DNA of 64,000 nt from positions 8,930,001-8,994,000 of the forward strand of contig CM075997.1 of the NCBI GenBank assembly GCA_038087875.1. Reading direction: 5' to 3'. The translations under genes and the position numbers were made by a program. The notes below the pieces were generated by a model. That model did not search any database. It was given only the letters and a program-made list of their open reading frames with translations, and was not told the DNA's origin. The DNA is from Malacoraja senta (taxonomy: Eukaryota). This document shows, in pieces, positions 25,070 through 36,847 of the stretch (the first letter of the stretch is position 1; each line of letters starts with the position of its first letter).

Positions 25070-28000
25070 TTTGAAGCTGGTTGGCTCTTTGACAGTTTCC
25101 CATTCCTTTACACAGTCCTTTGCGTCTTTATTGAACACTGCAAGATCCTTTGAGCTGCACTGGTTGGGTAGTAGGGGGCAGACAAGGCAGTGCTGCATTG
25201 TGTGGTCCTCTTCTCCACATTCACAGGTGGTTTGGCCAGTTTCATAGCCCCATCTGGCCATAGCATCTTTTGATCGCCCTGCTCCTGTTCTCAGGCGGTT
25301 GAGCGTCTTCCACTCTACCCATGGTGCTTCTGAGCCCGGACGGAGGGCTTCAGAAGGAGGGATACCCATGGCAGTAGGAGGGGGTCGTCCTCAAGCCTTT
25401 TTGTCCATAGTTGGAGTCTGGTTTCTTCCCGTGATGCTATTAGAGGCTGGACATGGCTGAGAAAGCTTCTCCTGGACTTCAGCCGTTGGGCCGGGGGTAC
25501 AGGTCCGTAGAGGAGGTGGCGTTCATAATTGGTGGCCTTGGTCATCACTACTCGGCTGGCGACTTTCCGTCTCACATCAGCAGGGGCAATGCCAGCGAGG
25601 AGGTGCAGGTTGTTTATGTTGGTGGGCTTCAAGCAGCCAGTGATTGAGCGGCATGTGTTATTCAACGCTGGGTCTATTCTTGGCATGGGATGATCTCTCC
25701 CAAACAGGACACGCATACTCCGCAGAGTAGTAGCACAGGGCAGAGCAGTAGATCTTAATGTGTGAGATGTGGCTCCCCATTTGGAGTTGGTCAGCTTCCG
25801 GAGAATGTTATTCCGGGAGTTTACTTTCAGTTTGGTGTTTTTGACGTGTTCCTTATAGGAGAGAGTGCGATCCAGTGTTGCACCGAGGTAGACAGGGTTG
25901 GTGCAGTGCTCAAGAGGTGTTCCAGACCATGTGATGTTAAGGGGTCTGTTTGCTTCCCGGTTCCTGAGATGGAACGAGCAGGCTTGGGTCTTCGCAGGGT
26001 TTGCGTGTAGGTGGTTGCGCTCGTAGTAGAGGTGTAGCTCATCTAGGGCTGAGGTGAGATTCGCTTCTACAGCTTCAAACGTACTCTCTTGGGATGTTAC
26101 ACAGAGGTCGTCGGCGTAGATGAACCGCTCAGTGTTCTGGTCCATTGGCTGGTCATTGGTGTAGATGTTATATAGTAGTGGAGCCAGCACACTACCTTGA
26201 GGCAAGCCGCTCCGTTGTCGGCGCCAGCGACTTTGCTTGTTTTTAAGGACAACATAGAAGCGCCTATCTTTCAGGAGGGCTCCGATGAGGTCCGTGAGTG
26301 CCAGGTCTTTGGTATTCTCCAAGATCGTTTTTAGGAGGAGGCGGTGGTTCACAGTGTCATACGCGGCAGACAGATCAACAAAAACGGCTCCTGTCACCAG
26401 TTCTTTCTGGAACCCGTCTTCAATGTGCTGTGTGAGATTCAGAAGGTGACTTGTGGATTTGCCAGGTCGGAATCCAGCTTGTTGAGGGATGATGGCTGGT
26501 TCAACGACTGGGGCAAGCCTGTTGAGGATCAGGCGCTCAAATAGCTTGGACGGGTGGCATAGCAGGGAGATTGGGCGGAAGCTATTTGCATATGCTGGAT
26601 CTTTAACGGGTTTTAGAAGAGCGATGATTTTGGTTTTCCTCCAGATCTTTGGGATGTTTCTTGTCAGCATGCAGTTGTTCATCAGCTCTAGGACCCACTT
26701 CCGTGTCAGAGGTCCAAACTGCTTGATCTCCTCTGTGAAAATATTGTCCAGGCCGATGGCTTTGCCAGTCTTGAGGGCTTTGATGCTGATATTGAGCTCT
26801 TCAAGGGAGAACGGCTCAGTCAGTCCGATGTTTTGGGAGTGCTGAAGTCGGTCTGCCTTTGGTCTTGGCTGTTTGGTGGTGGATTTCCCGTTGAGCAGCA
26901 ACTGATACGCAACTTGGTTGGCCGTGGTGGTATACTGTTGATGTGTTGGTGTTGATGGGTCATTGCTGATTTTACGGATGAGGCTCCATGCCTTTTTGCT
27001 GTTTTTTGCCATATCAGTTGTCTCCAGTAGTGTTTGCCATTTCCGCTGGCGGCATTCTGATAGGGAGGTCATGAGTCTCTCACCTACTTCCATGGTGCTT
27101 TCTGCAAAGGGGTCAGATTCGTAGAGCTGTTGGTATTGCTCATATAGTTCACTGCTTGGAGTGTCAAGGCCGGGGATGTATTGAGTGCGGCAGCCTCTCG
27201 GGATGTTCTTCCGGGCTGCCTGGTGCACCAACTTGGTGAATATTTGATCGTTTTTGGGGTCCGCTGGAAGGTGGGCGATTGTCCTTTCAAGATCTTCTTG
27301 GAAACCAGGCCAGTTCGCTTTCCCAAAGTTGAATCGTCTCTGGAAAGGAACTGTGGCTGGGGTAACTGCAGCTTTGACTGTAAGGCGGTGTTGGGTTTTT
27401 GGCAGTGGCTTCAGTACCAGCTTCTTGCCCAATCCAGAGATGCTATGCCTGACAAACGCGATATCAGGGTTGTAGCCGGCTTTCCATCGCCCGCTATTAA
27501 AGGACTTTGGTTGTTTGGCATCATGGATCAGGTAGAGCTGGTTAGTTTCGGCCCATGCTTCCACTGCATCTCCATCAGCGTTGTTTCCGGCGTAACCCCA
27601 TTGTGAGCTGTGGCTGTTGAAGTCTCCAATCACTATCCTTGGTTTCCCAGATGATGGTATTTCTGGCATCAGGAAAGGTGTGGGAGGTGGCTTGTAGACG
27701 GAGGTGATGGTAATTCCTCTGAGTTCAGCGGTTAGGATCTCAATGTTTTTTTCATCGCTCTTTGATGTTGATTCGATGATTGTCCCGTTTTTTGCAAGCA
27801 TGACGCTTCCATGTTTCTCATGTGGTCTTTCAATGAGGGTGGTCATGCCTTCCACTCGATGGCGGGGATGTTTGGGTCCGCGGTGAGTTTCTTGAAGGCA
27901 GAGAATATCACACTGATGCTCTCTGCAGAGTTGGGCAACAAGTTCTTATTTAGTTGCAGACAGTCCTTCAACATTTAGAGATATGATGGTCAAAGCCGGC

Positions 28001-28077
28001 CTTGGGGGCTGGTGTTGGCCTCTCTTCCTGTTCCGGGCTGATGGGCTACTGTCATTTGTTGGGCTTCTGGACATCAT
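25070..28077 (-). pseudogene. Vingi-like APE-RT-zinc finger ORF
   Basis: ATG at 28077 in frame with the 846 aa ORF (MMSRSP..SLNVEG..CLQETH); stop at 27946-27948; GDFNSH, GLPQGSVLAP, YADD; frameshifts near 25740, 25680 and 25375. Confidence 0.85.
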
Positions 28078-28105
28078 TTGTCTTTCGGCTCGGCTTCAAA
28101 TGTTT

Positions 28106-28178
28106 GGCAGTATTCGCAAGTAATTTGGTGATATTACTTGACAGGGATCGCGACGTGAACGCTTCTACCTTGATCCCC
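28106..28178 (-). ncRNA. HDV-like (CPEB3-type) self-cleaving ribozyme, predicted
   Basis: P1 GGGGAUC/GAUCCCU with G1.U wobble; P3 GCG/CGC; L3 UUCACGU; P4 CAAGUAAU/AUUACUUG; J4/2 CGAA; P2 GGUAGAA/UACUGCC with one mismatch. Confidence 0.88.
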
Positions 28179-28322
28179 TCTTTGTTGCTGCTTGTCCAAG
28201 ATCCACGTAAGCTCTGGGATACCTCTGGGGAAAGATGATAGACGCAAACTGCTGAAGTAACCCAGCTGATCAGGCAGCATCACTGGCGAAAATTGTAAAC
28301 AGGCACCAGAGACAGAGAATGA

Positions 28323-29190
28323 TGTAAACACATCTTGAATCAGCACTGAAACTTAACAGCGTTAAGGGCGATAGGTTGTCAGTACATCCTAGCTGCTCAG
28401 ACTGGCAGTGCCGGGAACGAGTGTTAGTATAAGTGTTATAGTGGGCTGGAGTTAGTGATGCTGGCTTATGTGTGATTGGTTCACATGCATCATCAATCTA
28501 CATCCTTCCCCCTTAAGATTAAATGTGGAAAGGGCACCCATACCATGGAGTTAAACATACTCGCCATATCTGTCTGGTGGTCTACTTACACGGCCCGAGC
28601 GCGTGCGGACCCAACCCTCCCCTCCCTCTCCTGAAAGATGAGACGGAGAGCCTGGAGGCGGGAATGACGCGGGAGAGGTTTGTGGTGACCGAAAGGGGAA
28701 ACATGCGGTAGGTGAAGGCCCGTGAAAGGCGGCTGGAACTGGAGCGGTGGAGCATAGGTACCAGGAGGCGGTGGTCGGGGCTCCATTACAGCAAGCAAGT
28801 TTTGTCGACTTCTCCGGTATACCGCTCCCTCACAGTCCACAAGGTAGGATCGTGGCTCGTCAGTCGGGCTGACAACAGTGCCCAGACGGGAATGTCCAGT
28901 TGAGGTTCGTAGACGGACGACCTGGCCAGGCAGTAGAGGCTTGAGTGGTCTGCTGGAACTGACGTATTACCGTTTCTGAATGTCATTGGAGACGTTTCTG
29001 GGTAGTGGCAGGCTTCAGCACCCGAGGGACCAGCTGCTGTTGTGCGATGTGGGATGTGGACCGGAGACCTCGTCAATCTCGACATTAGGCGCTGTGCCGG
29101 CGACCCCAAGGTTCCGTCTCTGGCAATATTTCTGAGATTCAGGAGATCGAGATAGACGTCTGACTTTGAAATGCGCGCTCCCTCCAGCAA
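28323..29190 (-). mobile_element. Gypsy 3' remnant: integrase C-terminus, PPT and 180 bp LTR (unit 1)
   Basis: LGSPAQRLMSR, GAVYRRSRQNLL; PPT AAGGGGGAAGGA at 28503-28514 abutting a TGTAG...TTTACA LTR at 28323-28502. Confidence 0.82.
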
Positions 29191-29975
29191 AGGTGGAGAC
29201 AATTTTTCAGACAGAATCAAGGGATAAGGAAACGAAAGATATAGACGGCGATATGGAAAGATGCAGTATAGAGCAAATAAATGAAATATATGGAAACAAG
29301 ATGATAAAGGGATCGTGCCATATTTAACTGTGGCCTAGGTAAAACCGAGTTACAGACAATGTCTTAGAAGTCGGCTTTGAAGATAGTATAACGACAGGTG
29401 GAAGAGGGCCGGAGAGAGTGGTGGGATGCAGTAGTTACTTGGTCAGATAAATTAATTATCATACCACAGGGTTGCAAACGACGGAAGCGAAATATGAGAT
29501 ATTTTTCGTCCAATTTGCTTTTGGCCTAATTCAAATAATGCAGGCGGCCCAGTACAATGTGTTTGGGCACCGGAAGTTCAGGTAGTTCAGGCGGATTGCG
29601 CGAAGGTGTTCGGAGAATCGATCGCTTAGTCTATGTATGGTCTCGCCGATGAGTAAGAGTCCGCACCTTAAACAACGAACACAGTAGCTGAGGTTGAAGG
29701 ATATGCAAGTGAAACTCTGCCGAAACTTAAAGGACTGTCATGGTCACTAGATAGTCGAGGAGGGAGGTATAGGGATATGTGCTGCATCCCCTGCAGTTGC
29801 AGAGGAAGGTACTTGGGAAGGGCGTGGTTTGGGTGGGAGGCGATGAGTTAACGAGGAAGTTGTAGAGGGAACGGGCTCTGGGAAAGGCGTAAAGGGGTGT
29901 AGATGGGAACATATGACGAGTGGTGGGATCCCGTTCGAGGTGGCGAAAATGTCGGAGGATTATGCGTTGTAGGTA
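29191..29975 (-). mobile_element. Penelope-like element fragment (GIY-YIG endonuclease), unit 1
   Basis: FPSTPLYAFPRARSL..CNCRGCSTYPY; minus-strand translation FTCISFNLSYCVRCLRCGLLLIGETIHRLSDRFSEHLR. Confidence 0.82.
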
Positions 29976-30544
29976 ACAGCTGTGGGGTGTGAACGGTTAT
30001 GGGCAATGGGTCTCCATCCCTGCTGCGGCTCAGGCGTGGGTGGAGGCCTCTCTGGTTGCGCGTGTAATGTAGTCTATGAGTACTACATGGGTGCAGGGGA
30101 AAACACCGATACAGCTGTCAATGTAACGGATATTGAGTTCGTGGATAGGACCAGTGTACGCCAGGAGCAATGGGTCCAGGCGTACAAGGCAGATACAACG
30201 TACTGTTCAATGTGGGACAATAATCGGGCGCAACAACGAATGGAAAAAAGGGAATGTCTTGAAAGGCTGAAATAAGGACGCACATTTAAACTTGATTATC
30301 TGTGTACAATTTTGCTGTGATTGTGAATGCTGGGTGATAATGTATTGTCTGAACGAATGACAATTTGTTTTAAAGATGGCGCCTACCTGCGGCGACATTT
30401 TGCAAACGCCACAACCAAAACCAAAATACAATATTTTTGAACTCAGCTGGGGAAAGAAGATGGACGCAAACTGCTGAAGTAACCCAGCTGATCAGGCAGC
30501 ATCACTGGCGAAAATTGTAAACAGGCACCAGAGACAGAGTATGA

Positions 30545-31480
30545 TGTAAACACATGTTTAATCTGCACTGAAACTTAACAGCGTTAAGGGCGATAGGTTG
30601 TCAGTACATCCTAGCTGCTCAGACTGGCAGTGCCGGGAACGAGTGTTAGTATAAGTGTTATAGTGGGGTGGAGTTAGTGATGCTGGCTTATGCGTGATTG
30701 GTTCACATGCGTCATCAATCTACATCCTTCCCCCTTAAGATTAAATGTGGAAAGGGCACCCATACCATGGAGTTAAACATACTCGCCATATCTGTCTGGT
30801 GGTCTACTTACATGGCCCGAGCGCGTACAGACCCAACCCTCCCCCCCCCCTCTCCTGAAAGATGAGACGGAGAGCCTGGAGGCGGGAATGGCGCGGGAGA
30901 GGTTTGTGGTGACCGAAAGGGGAAACATGCGTTAGGTGAAGCCCCGTGGTTAGTGGAGACCGAGGGACGTGGAGGGGTGTAAGGCATGCGGGGACGGGTG
31001 GGAGACATTGCAAAAGGCGGCTGGAACAGGAGCGGCGGAGCATAGGTACCAGGAGGCGGTGGTCGGGGCTCCATCACAGCAAGCAAGTTTTGTCGACTTC
31101 TCCGGTATACCGCTCCCTCACAGTCCTCAAGGTAGGATCGTGGCTCGTCAGTCGGGCTGACAACAGTGCCCAGACGGGAATGTCCAGTTGAGGTTCGTAG
31201 ACGGACGACCTGGCCAGGCAGTAGAGGCTTGAGTGGTCTGCTGGAACTAACGTATTACCGTTTCTGAATGTCATGCTTCTCTTGGAGACGTTTCTGGGTA
31301 GTGGCAGGCTTCAGCTCCCGAGGGACCAGCTGCTGTTGTGCGATGTGGACCGGAGACCTCGTCGATCTCGACATTAGGCGCTGTGCCGGCGACCCCAAGG
31401 TTCCGTCTCTGGCAATATTTCTGAGATTCAGGAGATCGAGATAGACGTCTGACTTTGAAATGCGCGCTCCCTCCAGCAAA
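30545..31480 (-). mobile_element. Gypsy 3' remnant, unit 2 (LTR 30545-30724)
   Basis: Duplicate of 28323-29190 with ~60 extra bases. Confidence 0.82.
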
Positions 31481-32264
31481 GGTGGAGACATTTTTTGAGA
31501 CAGAATCAAGGGATAAGGAAACGAAAGATATAGACGGCGATATGGAGAGATGCAGTATAGAGCAAATAAATGAAATATATGGAAACAAGATGATAAAGGG
31601 ATCATGCCATATTTAACTGTGGCCTAGGTAAAACCGAGTTACAGACAATGTCTTAGAAGTCGGCTTTGAAGATAGTATAACGACAGGTGGAAGAGGGCCG
31701 GAGAGAGTGGTGGGATGCAGTAGTTACTTGGTCAGATAAATTAATTATCGTACCACTGGGTTGCAAACGACGGAAGCGAAATATGAGATATTTTTCGTCC
31801 AATTTGCTTTTGGCCTAATTCAAATAATGCAGGCGGCCCAGTACAATGTGTTGGGGAACCGGAAGTTCAGGTAGTTCAGGCGGATTGCGCGAAGGTGTTC
31901 GGAGAATCGATCGCTTAGTCTATGTATGGTCTCGCCGATGTATAAGAGTCCGCACCTTAAACAACGAACACAGTAGCTGAGGTTGAAGGAGATGCAAGTG
32001 AAACTCTGCCGAAACTTAAAGGACTGTCATGGTCACTAGATAGTCGAGGAAGGAGGTATAGGGATATGTGCTGCATCCCCTGCCGTTGCAGAGGAATGTA
32101 CATGGGAAGGGCGTGGTCTGGGTGGGAGGCGATGGGTTAACGAGGAAGTTGTAGAGGGAATGGTCTCTGGGAAAGGCGTAAAGGGGTGGAGATGGGAACA
32201 TATGACGAGTGGTGGGATCCCGTTCGAGGTGGCGAAAATGTCGGAGGATTATGCGTTGTAGGTA
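31481..32264 (-). mobile_element. Penelope-like fragment, unit 2
   Basis: Duplicate of unit 1; retains GLLYIGET. Confidence 0.82.
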
Positions 32265-33037
32265 ACAGCTGTGGGGTGTGAACGGTTATGGACAATGGGT
32301 CTCCATCCCTGCTGCGGCTCAGGGGTGGGTGGAGGCCTCACTGGTTGCGGGTGTAATGAAGTCCATGAGTACTGCATGGGTGCAGGGGAAAACACCGATA
32401 CAGCTGTCAATGTAACGGATATTGAGTTCGTGGATAGGACCAGTGTACGCCAGGAGCAATGGGTCCAGGCGTACAAGGCAGATACAACGTACTGTTCAAT
32501 GTGGGACAATAATCGGGCGCAACAACGAATGGAACAAAGGGAATGTCTTGAAAGGCTGAAATAAGGACGCACAGTTAAACTTGATTATCTGTGTACAATT
32601 TTGCTATGATTGTGAATGCTGGGTGATAATGCATTGTCTGAACGAATGACAATTGTTTTTAAAGATGGCGCCTACCTGCGGCGACATTTTGCAAACGCCA
32701 CAACCAAAACCAAAATAAATTTTTTTTTTTTTTAAAAAAATTTAATTTTAATTTTATTAGAAATAAGTACAATTGTATACAATCATATTTTCATAATAAC
32801 TTTTATGTACAGCTTCTTATTTTAAAAAAAATTTGAAATAAAGAAGAAAAAGAAAAAAGTTAGATAATGAAAAATAGAAAAATGTGAGATATATAGTGTG
32901 TGAAAAAGAAAAATAAAGAATGAAATAAGAAAGTTGAGACATAGAAAATAGAAGAGAGAGAATAAAAGAAAAGATGAGATGAAAAGAAAATAGAAGATCA
33001 TTTATAATCTTGACCATCTGCAGTCACGGATTAGCTT

Positions 33038-36000
33038 TTACACCTGTTTTGCACCATACGTTTCCAAAAAGACGACAAATGGAGACCAACTCGTTATGAA
33101 TTGGTCAAATTTATCTATTAGGAGGAATCGCATTTCCTCAAGATGTGCGGTATTCAACATACTTGCAATCCACATTTTGAGCGTTGGTATTGGTGTATTT
33201 TTCCAAAATTTCAATATTAATTTTTTTGCTATTATTAAACCATAATTAAAAATTGACTTTTGAGATGAACTCAATTTGTTCCCGTCTTCCATTACCCCAA
33301 ATATAATCAATTCATTATTGGGTTCCATTTTTGTCTTAAATAGTTTTGTAAATATTTCGAAAATATCACTCCAAAATCCATGAAGTTTTATACAAGAAAC
33401 AAAAGAGTGTGTTATAGTTGCTTCTTGGTTTAAACATTTATCGCAAATGGGCGATATATTTGGATAAAATTTATTTAATCTTGTTTTTGAGTAATATAAT
33501 CTATGTAAATTTTTTAATTGGATTAGATTATGTCTTGCGTTAATCGAACACTTGTGAATGTATGTCAAATACTTTTCCCATGTAGCCTTCGTAATTTTTA
33601 TCAATAATTCCCGTTCCCACTCTTCTCTAATTACCTCGGTCACAGGCAAATCTATATTTAAGATACTATTATATAAATATGCTATTAATTTTTGTGTATC
33701 AGCTTTTATATTCATTACTTCTTCTAGTAAATCAGGAGTTATTTTTTGATATCCCTGTATGTATGTCTTCAAAAAATTACAAATCTGAAAATATTTAAAA
33801 TAATGAGTGTTTTTCAGTTTAAATTTTAATTGTAATTGTTGAAATGACAATATATCTCCCATTTCATACATATCCCCGATCCTTTTAATTCCTAAAGTTT
33901 CCCATTGATTATATATTTTATCCATCATAGATGGTTTAAATAAAGGATTATTCGCTATCGGTGTTAACAATGATAGGTTTCTTAATTTTAAGGATAGTTT
34001 TATTTGTTTCCATATTCTTATTGTATCTTGTATAATTGGGTTTTTCTTATATATTGTATTGTTCATTTTTTTCGGGGAGAAGAGGATTGTTCCTATATTA
34101 CAAGGATAACAATCCTCTTTCTCCATTTTTATCCATTCTGTCTGTTGAGTTGAACTATCCAACCAGTAAATTATATTCTTAATATGTATTGCCCAATAGT
34201 AATACAAAATATTAGGGAGTGAAATTCCCCCGACATCTTTTGGTTTACATAAGTGTTCTTTTTTAATTCTATGTGATTTGTAATCCCAAACAAAATTAGT
34301 AATATTAGCGTTCAGTTTAGAAAAAAAATATTTTGGTACATATACTGGTATAGATTGAAATAGGTATAATAACTGTGGTAAGAAGCTCATTTTAATAGCA
34401 TTTATTCTGCCTATTAATGATAAAGGGAGTGTTTTCCAAAATTTTATCATTATATTAAGTTTATTTATTAAGGGTATAAAATTAGCATTGAATAAAGCTT
34501 TATGTTTTCTAGTAATCTGTATACCCAGATATTTGAATTTTTCTGTTGCTATTTTAAAGGGGAATTTCAATAAGTGTGTGGATTCTTGAGGTTTTAACGT
34601 CATAATTTCACTTTTGTTCCAGTTTATTCTATATCCTGAAAAGGACCCAAATTCCTCTATTAAATTTAATAAATTTGGTATGCTCGTTTGTGAATCTGTT
34701 ATATATAACAAAATATCGTCTGCATACAATGACATTTTATTATTTGAGTCCCTAGAATTATAACCCTGAATATTCGGATGGCTTCTTATACTTTCAGCCA
34801 GAGGTTCTATCATAAGGGCAAATAGCAGGGGTGATAAAGCACATCCCTGCCTATTACCCCTAGATAATTGAAATTTTTGAGATAACATGCTGTTAGTTAA
34901 TATTCTTGCCATCGGTTTATCATATAATAATTTCACCCATGCAATAAAATTCTCTCCCATATTAAATTGTTGTAATACTATGTATAAATACTGCCATTCT
35001 ACCTGATCAAATGCTTTCTCTGCGTCCAAAGAAATAATTGCTAAGTCTTTTTTTTCCTTTTTATGTGAGTACATTATATTAAACAGGCGTCTCAAATTAT
35101 TAAATGAATATCTTTTGGGTATAAACCCCGTTTGATCAGGGTTTATCAATTTACTAATATATTTGCTTAGTCTTCTAGCTAAAGTCTTTGCTAGCATTTT
35201 CTGGTCGGTATTTAAAAGTGCTTTAGCTCTATATGAGCCCGGTTCCTCTAGATCTTTATCTTTCTTTGGAATAAGCGTAATAGTTGATTCTGCTAATGTT
35301 TCAGGTAATTTATTTTCTTTAAAAACGTGAGTATATAAATTAAATAGATAGGGGGTCGTTATCTCATGAAACTTTTTATAAAATTCATTACTAAAACCAT
35401 CTGGTCCCGGTGTCTTACCATTTTTCAGCAATTTTATTGTTTCACCTATTTCTTCGATTGTAATTTGCGCACCTAGTTCTTCTTGTTCCAAAAGGTCAAG
35501 TTTTGGTAGATTACATTTATCTATAAAAATTGTAATTTTACTATCTTCTGTTTTGGTTTTTGATGTGTATAAATTCTGATAAAATTGAACAAATCTTTTA
35601 TTGATATCTTTAGGTAGTGTTAGTAATTCACCATTCTCGGATTTAATTTTATTTATGGTATTTTCCTTTTCCTGTTTTTTCAATTGACGCGCCAACAGCT
35701 TATGTGGTTTGTCACCAAACTCAAAATGTTCCTGTTTTGTAATTTGGAATAATCTTATTACGCTTGCCGAGAGAATTCGGGTAAGTTTAAATTTCAGTAG
35801 TATTATCTTATTATGTTTATCTATAGTGGGATCTTTAGCATTATCTAACTCTAACTGTCTTATTTCTTGTTCTAACAGCATCTGTTCTGTTTTATTCTTC
35901 TTATTTTGAAAAATTTCATATGAAATTATAATTCCTCTAATAAATGCTTTAAAAGTTTCCCATATTAAAGAAGGTGAGGTACCTGGTGTATCATTTATCT

Positions 36001-36847
36001 CAAAAAATGATATCATTTGTTGTTTCAAATATTGATAACCCTGTAAGTCATTTAATATATATGTGTTAACCCTCCAAAAAAATTTCTTTCCCGGCATTCC
36101 TTCAAATTTTACTAAAAAAGTTAATGGAGAGTGATCAGAAATACTACTAATATGGTAAGTTGGGTTAATTATATATGGCATTAATTTCCTATCCACTAAA
36201 AAATAATCAATTCTTGAGTATGTTTTATGTACCGAAGAGTAAAACGAGTATTCCCTTCCTGCTGGGTTAGCAGATCTCCATACATCTGTTATGTTAGTAT
36301 TTTTTATATATGTATTTAGAAATTCACTAGTCTTAGATTTTGTATTACTCCTTCTTTGTTTTGCTGATTTGTCTAAGTAAGGATCTAAAACACAGTTGAA
36401 ATCCCCTCCTATTACGACATTTTGATAATTAAACTCCAGTATTATATCTATAATTTTCTCAAAAAATTGAGGGTTATCAAAATTCGGAGCGTAAATATTT
36501 ACCATAGTTATTGGGGTAGCATAAATTTCTCCCGAAACTATAATATACCTTCCCTCTTTATCTGATATAGTATTCTTTAATTTGAACGGTATACCTTTTC
36601 GAATAAGAATAGCCGTACCTCTAGATTTAGAAATAAATGACGAATAATATGTTTGGCCTATCCACTTCGCCTTTAATCTCATTTGTGTTTCCTGTTTCAT
36701 GTGAGTTTCTTGCAAGTAGATTATGTCGCTTTTCAAAGATTTTAGGTGAGCAAAAATTTTACCCCTCTTTATTGGTTCATTGGCACCCCTTATATTCCAA
36801 CTACAGAATGTGATTCTTCCATTCTTTATTTGCCTATCGTCCTGCAT
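33038..36847 (-). CDS. L1 ORF2p, 1269 aa (APE endonuclease, reverse transcriptase, CCHC)
   Basis: Uninterrupted ORF; SWNIRG, LQETH, GDFN, SRIDY, SDHSP, RQGCALSP, YADD, CDKCLNQEATITHSFVSC. Confidence 0.95.
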   Translation of the reverse strand: MQDDRQIKNGRITFCSWNIRGANEPIKRGKIFAHLKSLKSDIIYLQETHMKQETQMRLKAKWIGQTYYSSFISKSRGTAILIRKGIPFKLKNTISDKEGRYIIVSGEIYATPITMVNIYAPNFDNPQFFEKIIDIILEFNYQNVVIGGDFNCVLDPYLDKSAKQRRSNTKSKTSEFLNTYIKNTNITDVWRSANPAGREYSFYSSVHKTYSRIDYFLVDRKLMPYIINPTYHISSISDHSPLTFLVKFEGMPGKKFFWRVNTYILNDLQGYQYLKQQMISFFEINDTPGTSPSLIWETFKAFIRGIIISYEIFQNKKNKTEQMLLEQEIRQLELDNAKDPTIDKHNKIILLKFKLTRILSASVIRLFQITKQEHFEFGDKPHKLLARQLKKQEKENTINKIKSENGELLTLPKDINKRFVQFYQNLYTSKTKTEDSKITIFIDKCNLPKLDLLEQEELGAQITIEEIGETIKLLKNGKTPGPDGFSNEFYKKFHEITTPYLFNLYTHVFKENKLPETLAESTITLIPKKDKDLEEPGSYRAKALLNTDQKMLAKTLARRLSKYISKLINPDQTGFIPKRYSFNNLRRLFNIMYSHKKEKKDLAIISLDAEKAFDQVEWQYLYIVLQQFNMGENFIAWVKLLYDKPMARILTNSMLSQKFQLSRGNRQGCALSPLLFALMIEPLAESIRSHPNIQGYNSRDSNNKMSLYADDILLYITDSQTSIPNLLNLIEEFGSFSGYRINWNKSEIMTLKPQESTHLLKFPFKIATEKFKYLGIQITRKHKALFNANFIPLINKLNIMIKFWKTLPLSLIGRINAIKMSFLPQLLYLFQSIPVYVPKYFFSKLNANITNFVWDYKSHRIKKEHLCKPKDVGGISLPNILYYYWAIHIKNIIYWLDSSTQQTEWIKMEKEDCYPCNIGTILFSPKKMNNTIYKKNPIIQDTIRIWKQIKLSLKLRNLSLLTPIANNPLFKPSMMDKIYNQWETLGIKRIGDMYEMGDILSFQQLQLKFKLKNTHYFKYFQICNFLKTYIQGYQKITPDLLEEVMNIKADTQKLIAYLYNSILNIDLPVTEVIREEWERELLIKITKATWEKYLTYIHKCSINARHNLIQLKNLHRLYYSKTRLNKFYPNISPICDKCLNQEATITHSFVSCIKLHGFWSDIFEIFTKLFKTKMEPNNELIIFGVMEDGNKLSSSQKSIFNYGLIIAKKLILKFWKNTPIPTLKMWIASMLNTAHLEEMRFLLIDKFDQFITSWSPFVVFLETYGAKQV

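Larger units (their letters stand above)
25052..28178 (-). mobile_element. Full-length Vingi/Ingi-like non-LTR retrotransposon (~3.1 kb, single ORF)
   Basis: TSD TCTTTGTTGC(T) at 25041-25051 and 28179-28189; tail GACACGAAAAGAATAAGA; no ORF1; SFNSGRWKAGYNPD and WKTLNRLRTG..CECG..HCLVCP motifs. Confidence 0.85.
20661..28225 (-). mobile_element. Near full-length degenerate CR1 LINE with nested insertions
   Basis: ORF1 ~24755-23680 (Cys-rich N-terminus, coiled coil, esterase-like ISGLLPVPRA..YKRDGL); ORF2 ~23484-20770 (YMNARSI, GITETW, GDFN, GVPQVSVLG); tail at 20661; 5' boundary approximate. Confidence 0.85.
28226..32717. repeat. Tandem duplication, two ~2.2 kb composite units (28226-30447 and 30448-32717)
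   Basis: Colinear near-identical sequence, each unit starting TGGGGAAAGA.GAT.GACGCAAACTGCTG. Confidence 0.95.

Noticed and set aside
28250..29215. Penelope-associated minimal hammerhead ribozyme
   Set aside because: Only a degenerate CTGAAAA half remains near 29205-29212; the GAAA half is missing where the Gypsy piece intervenes
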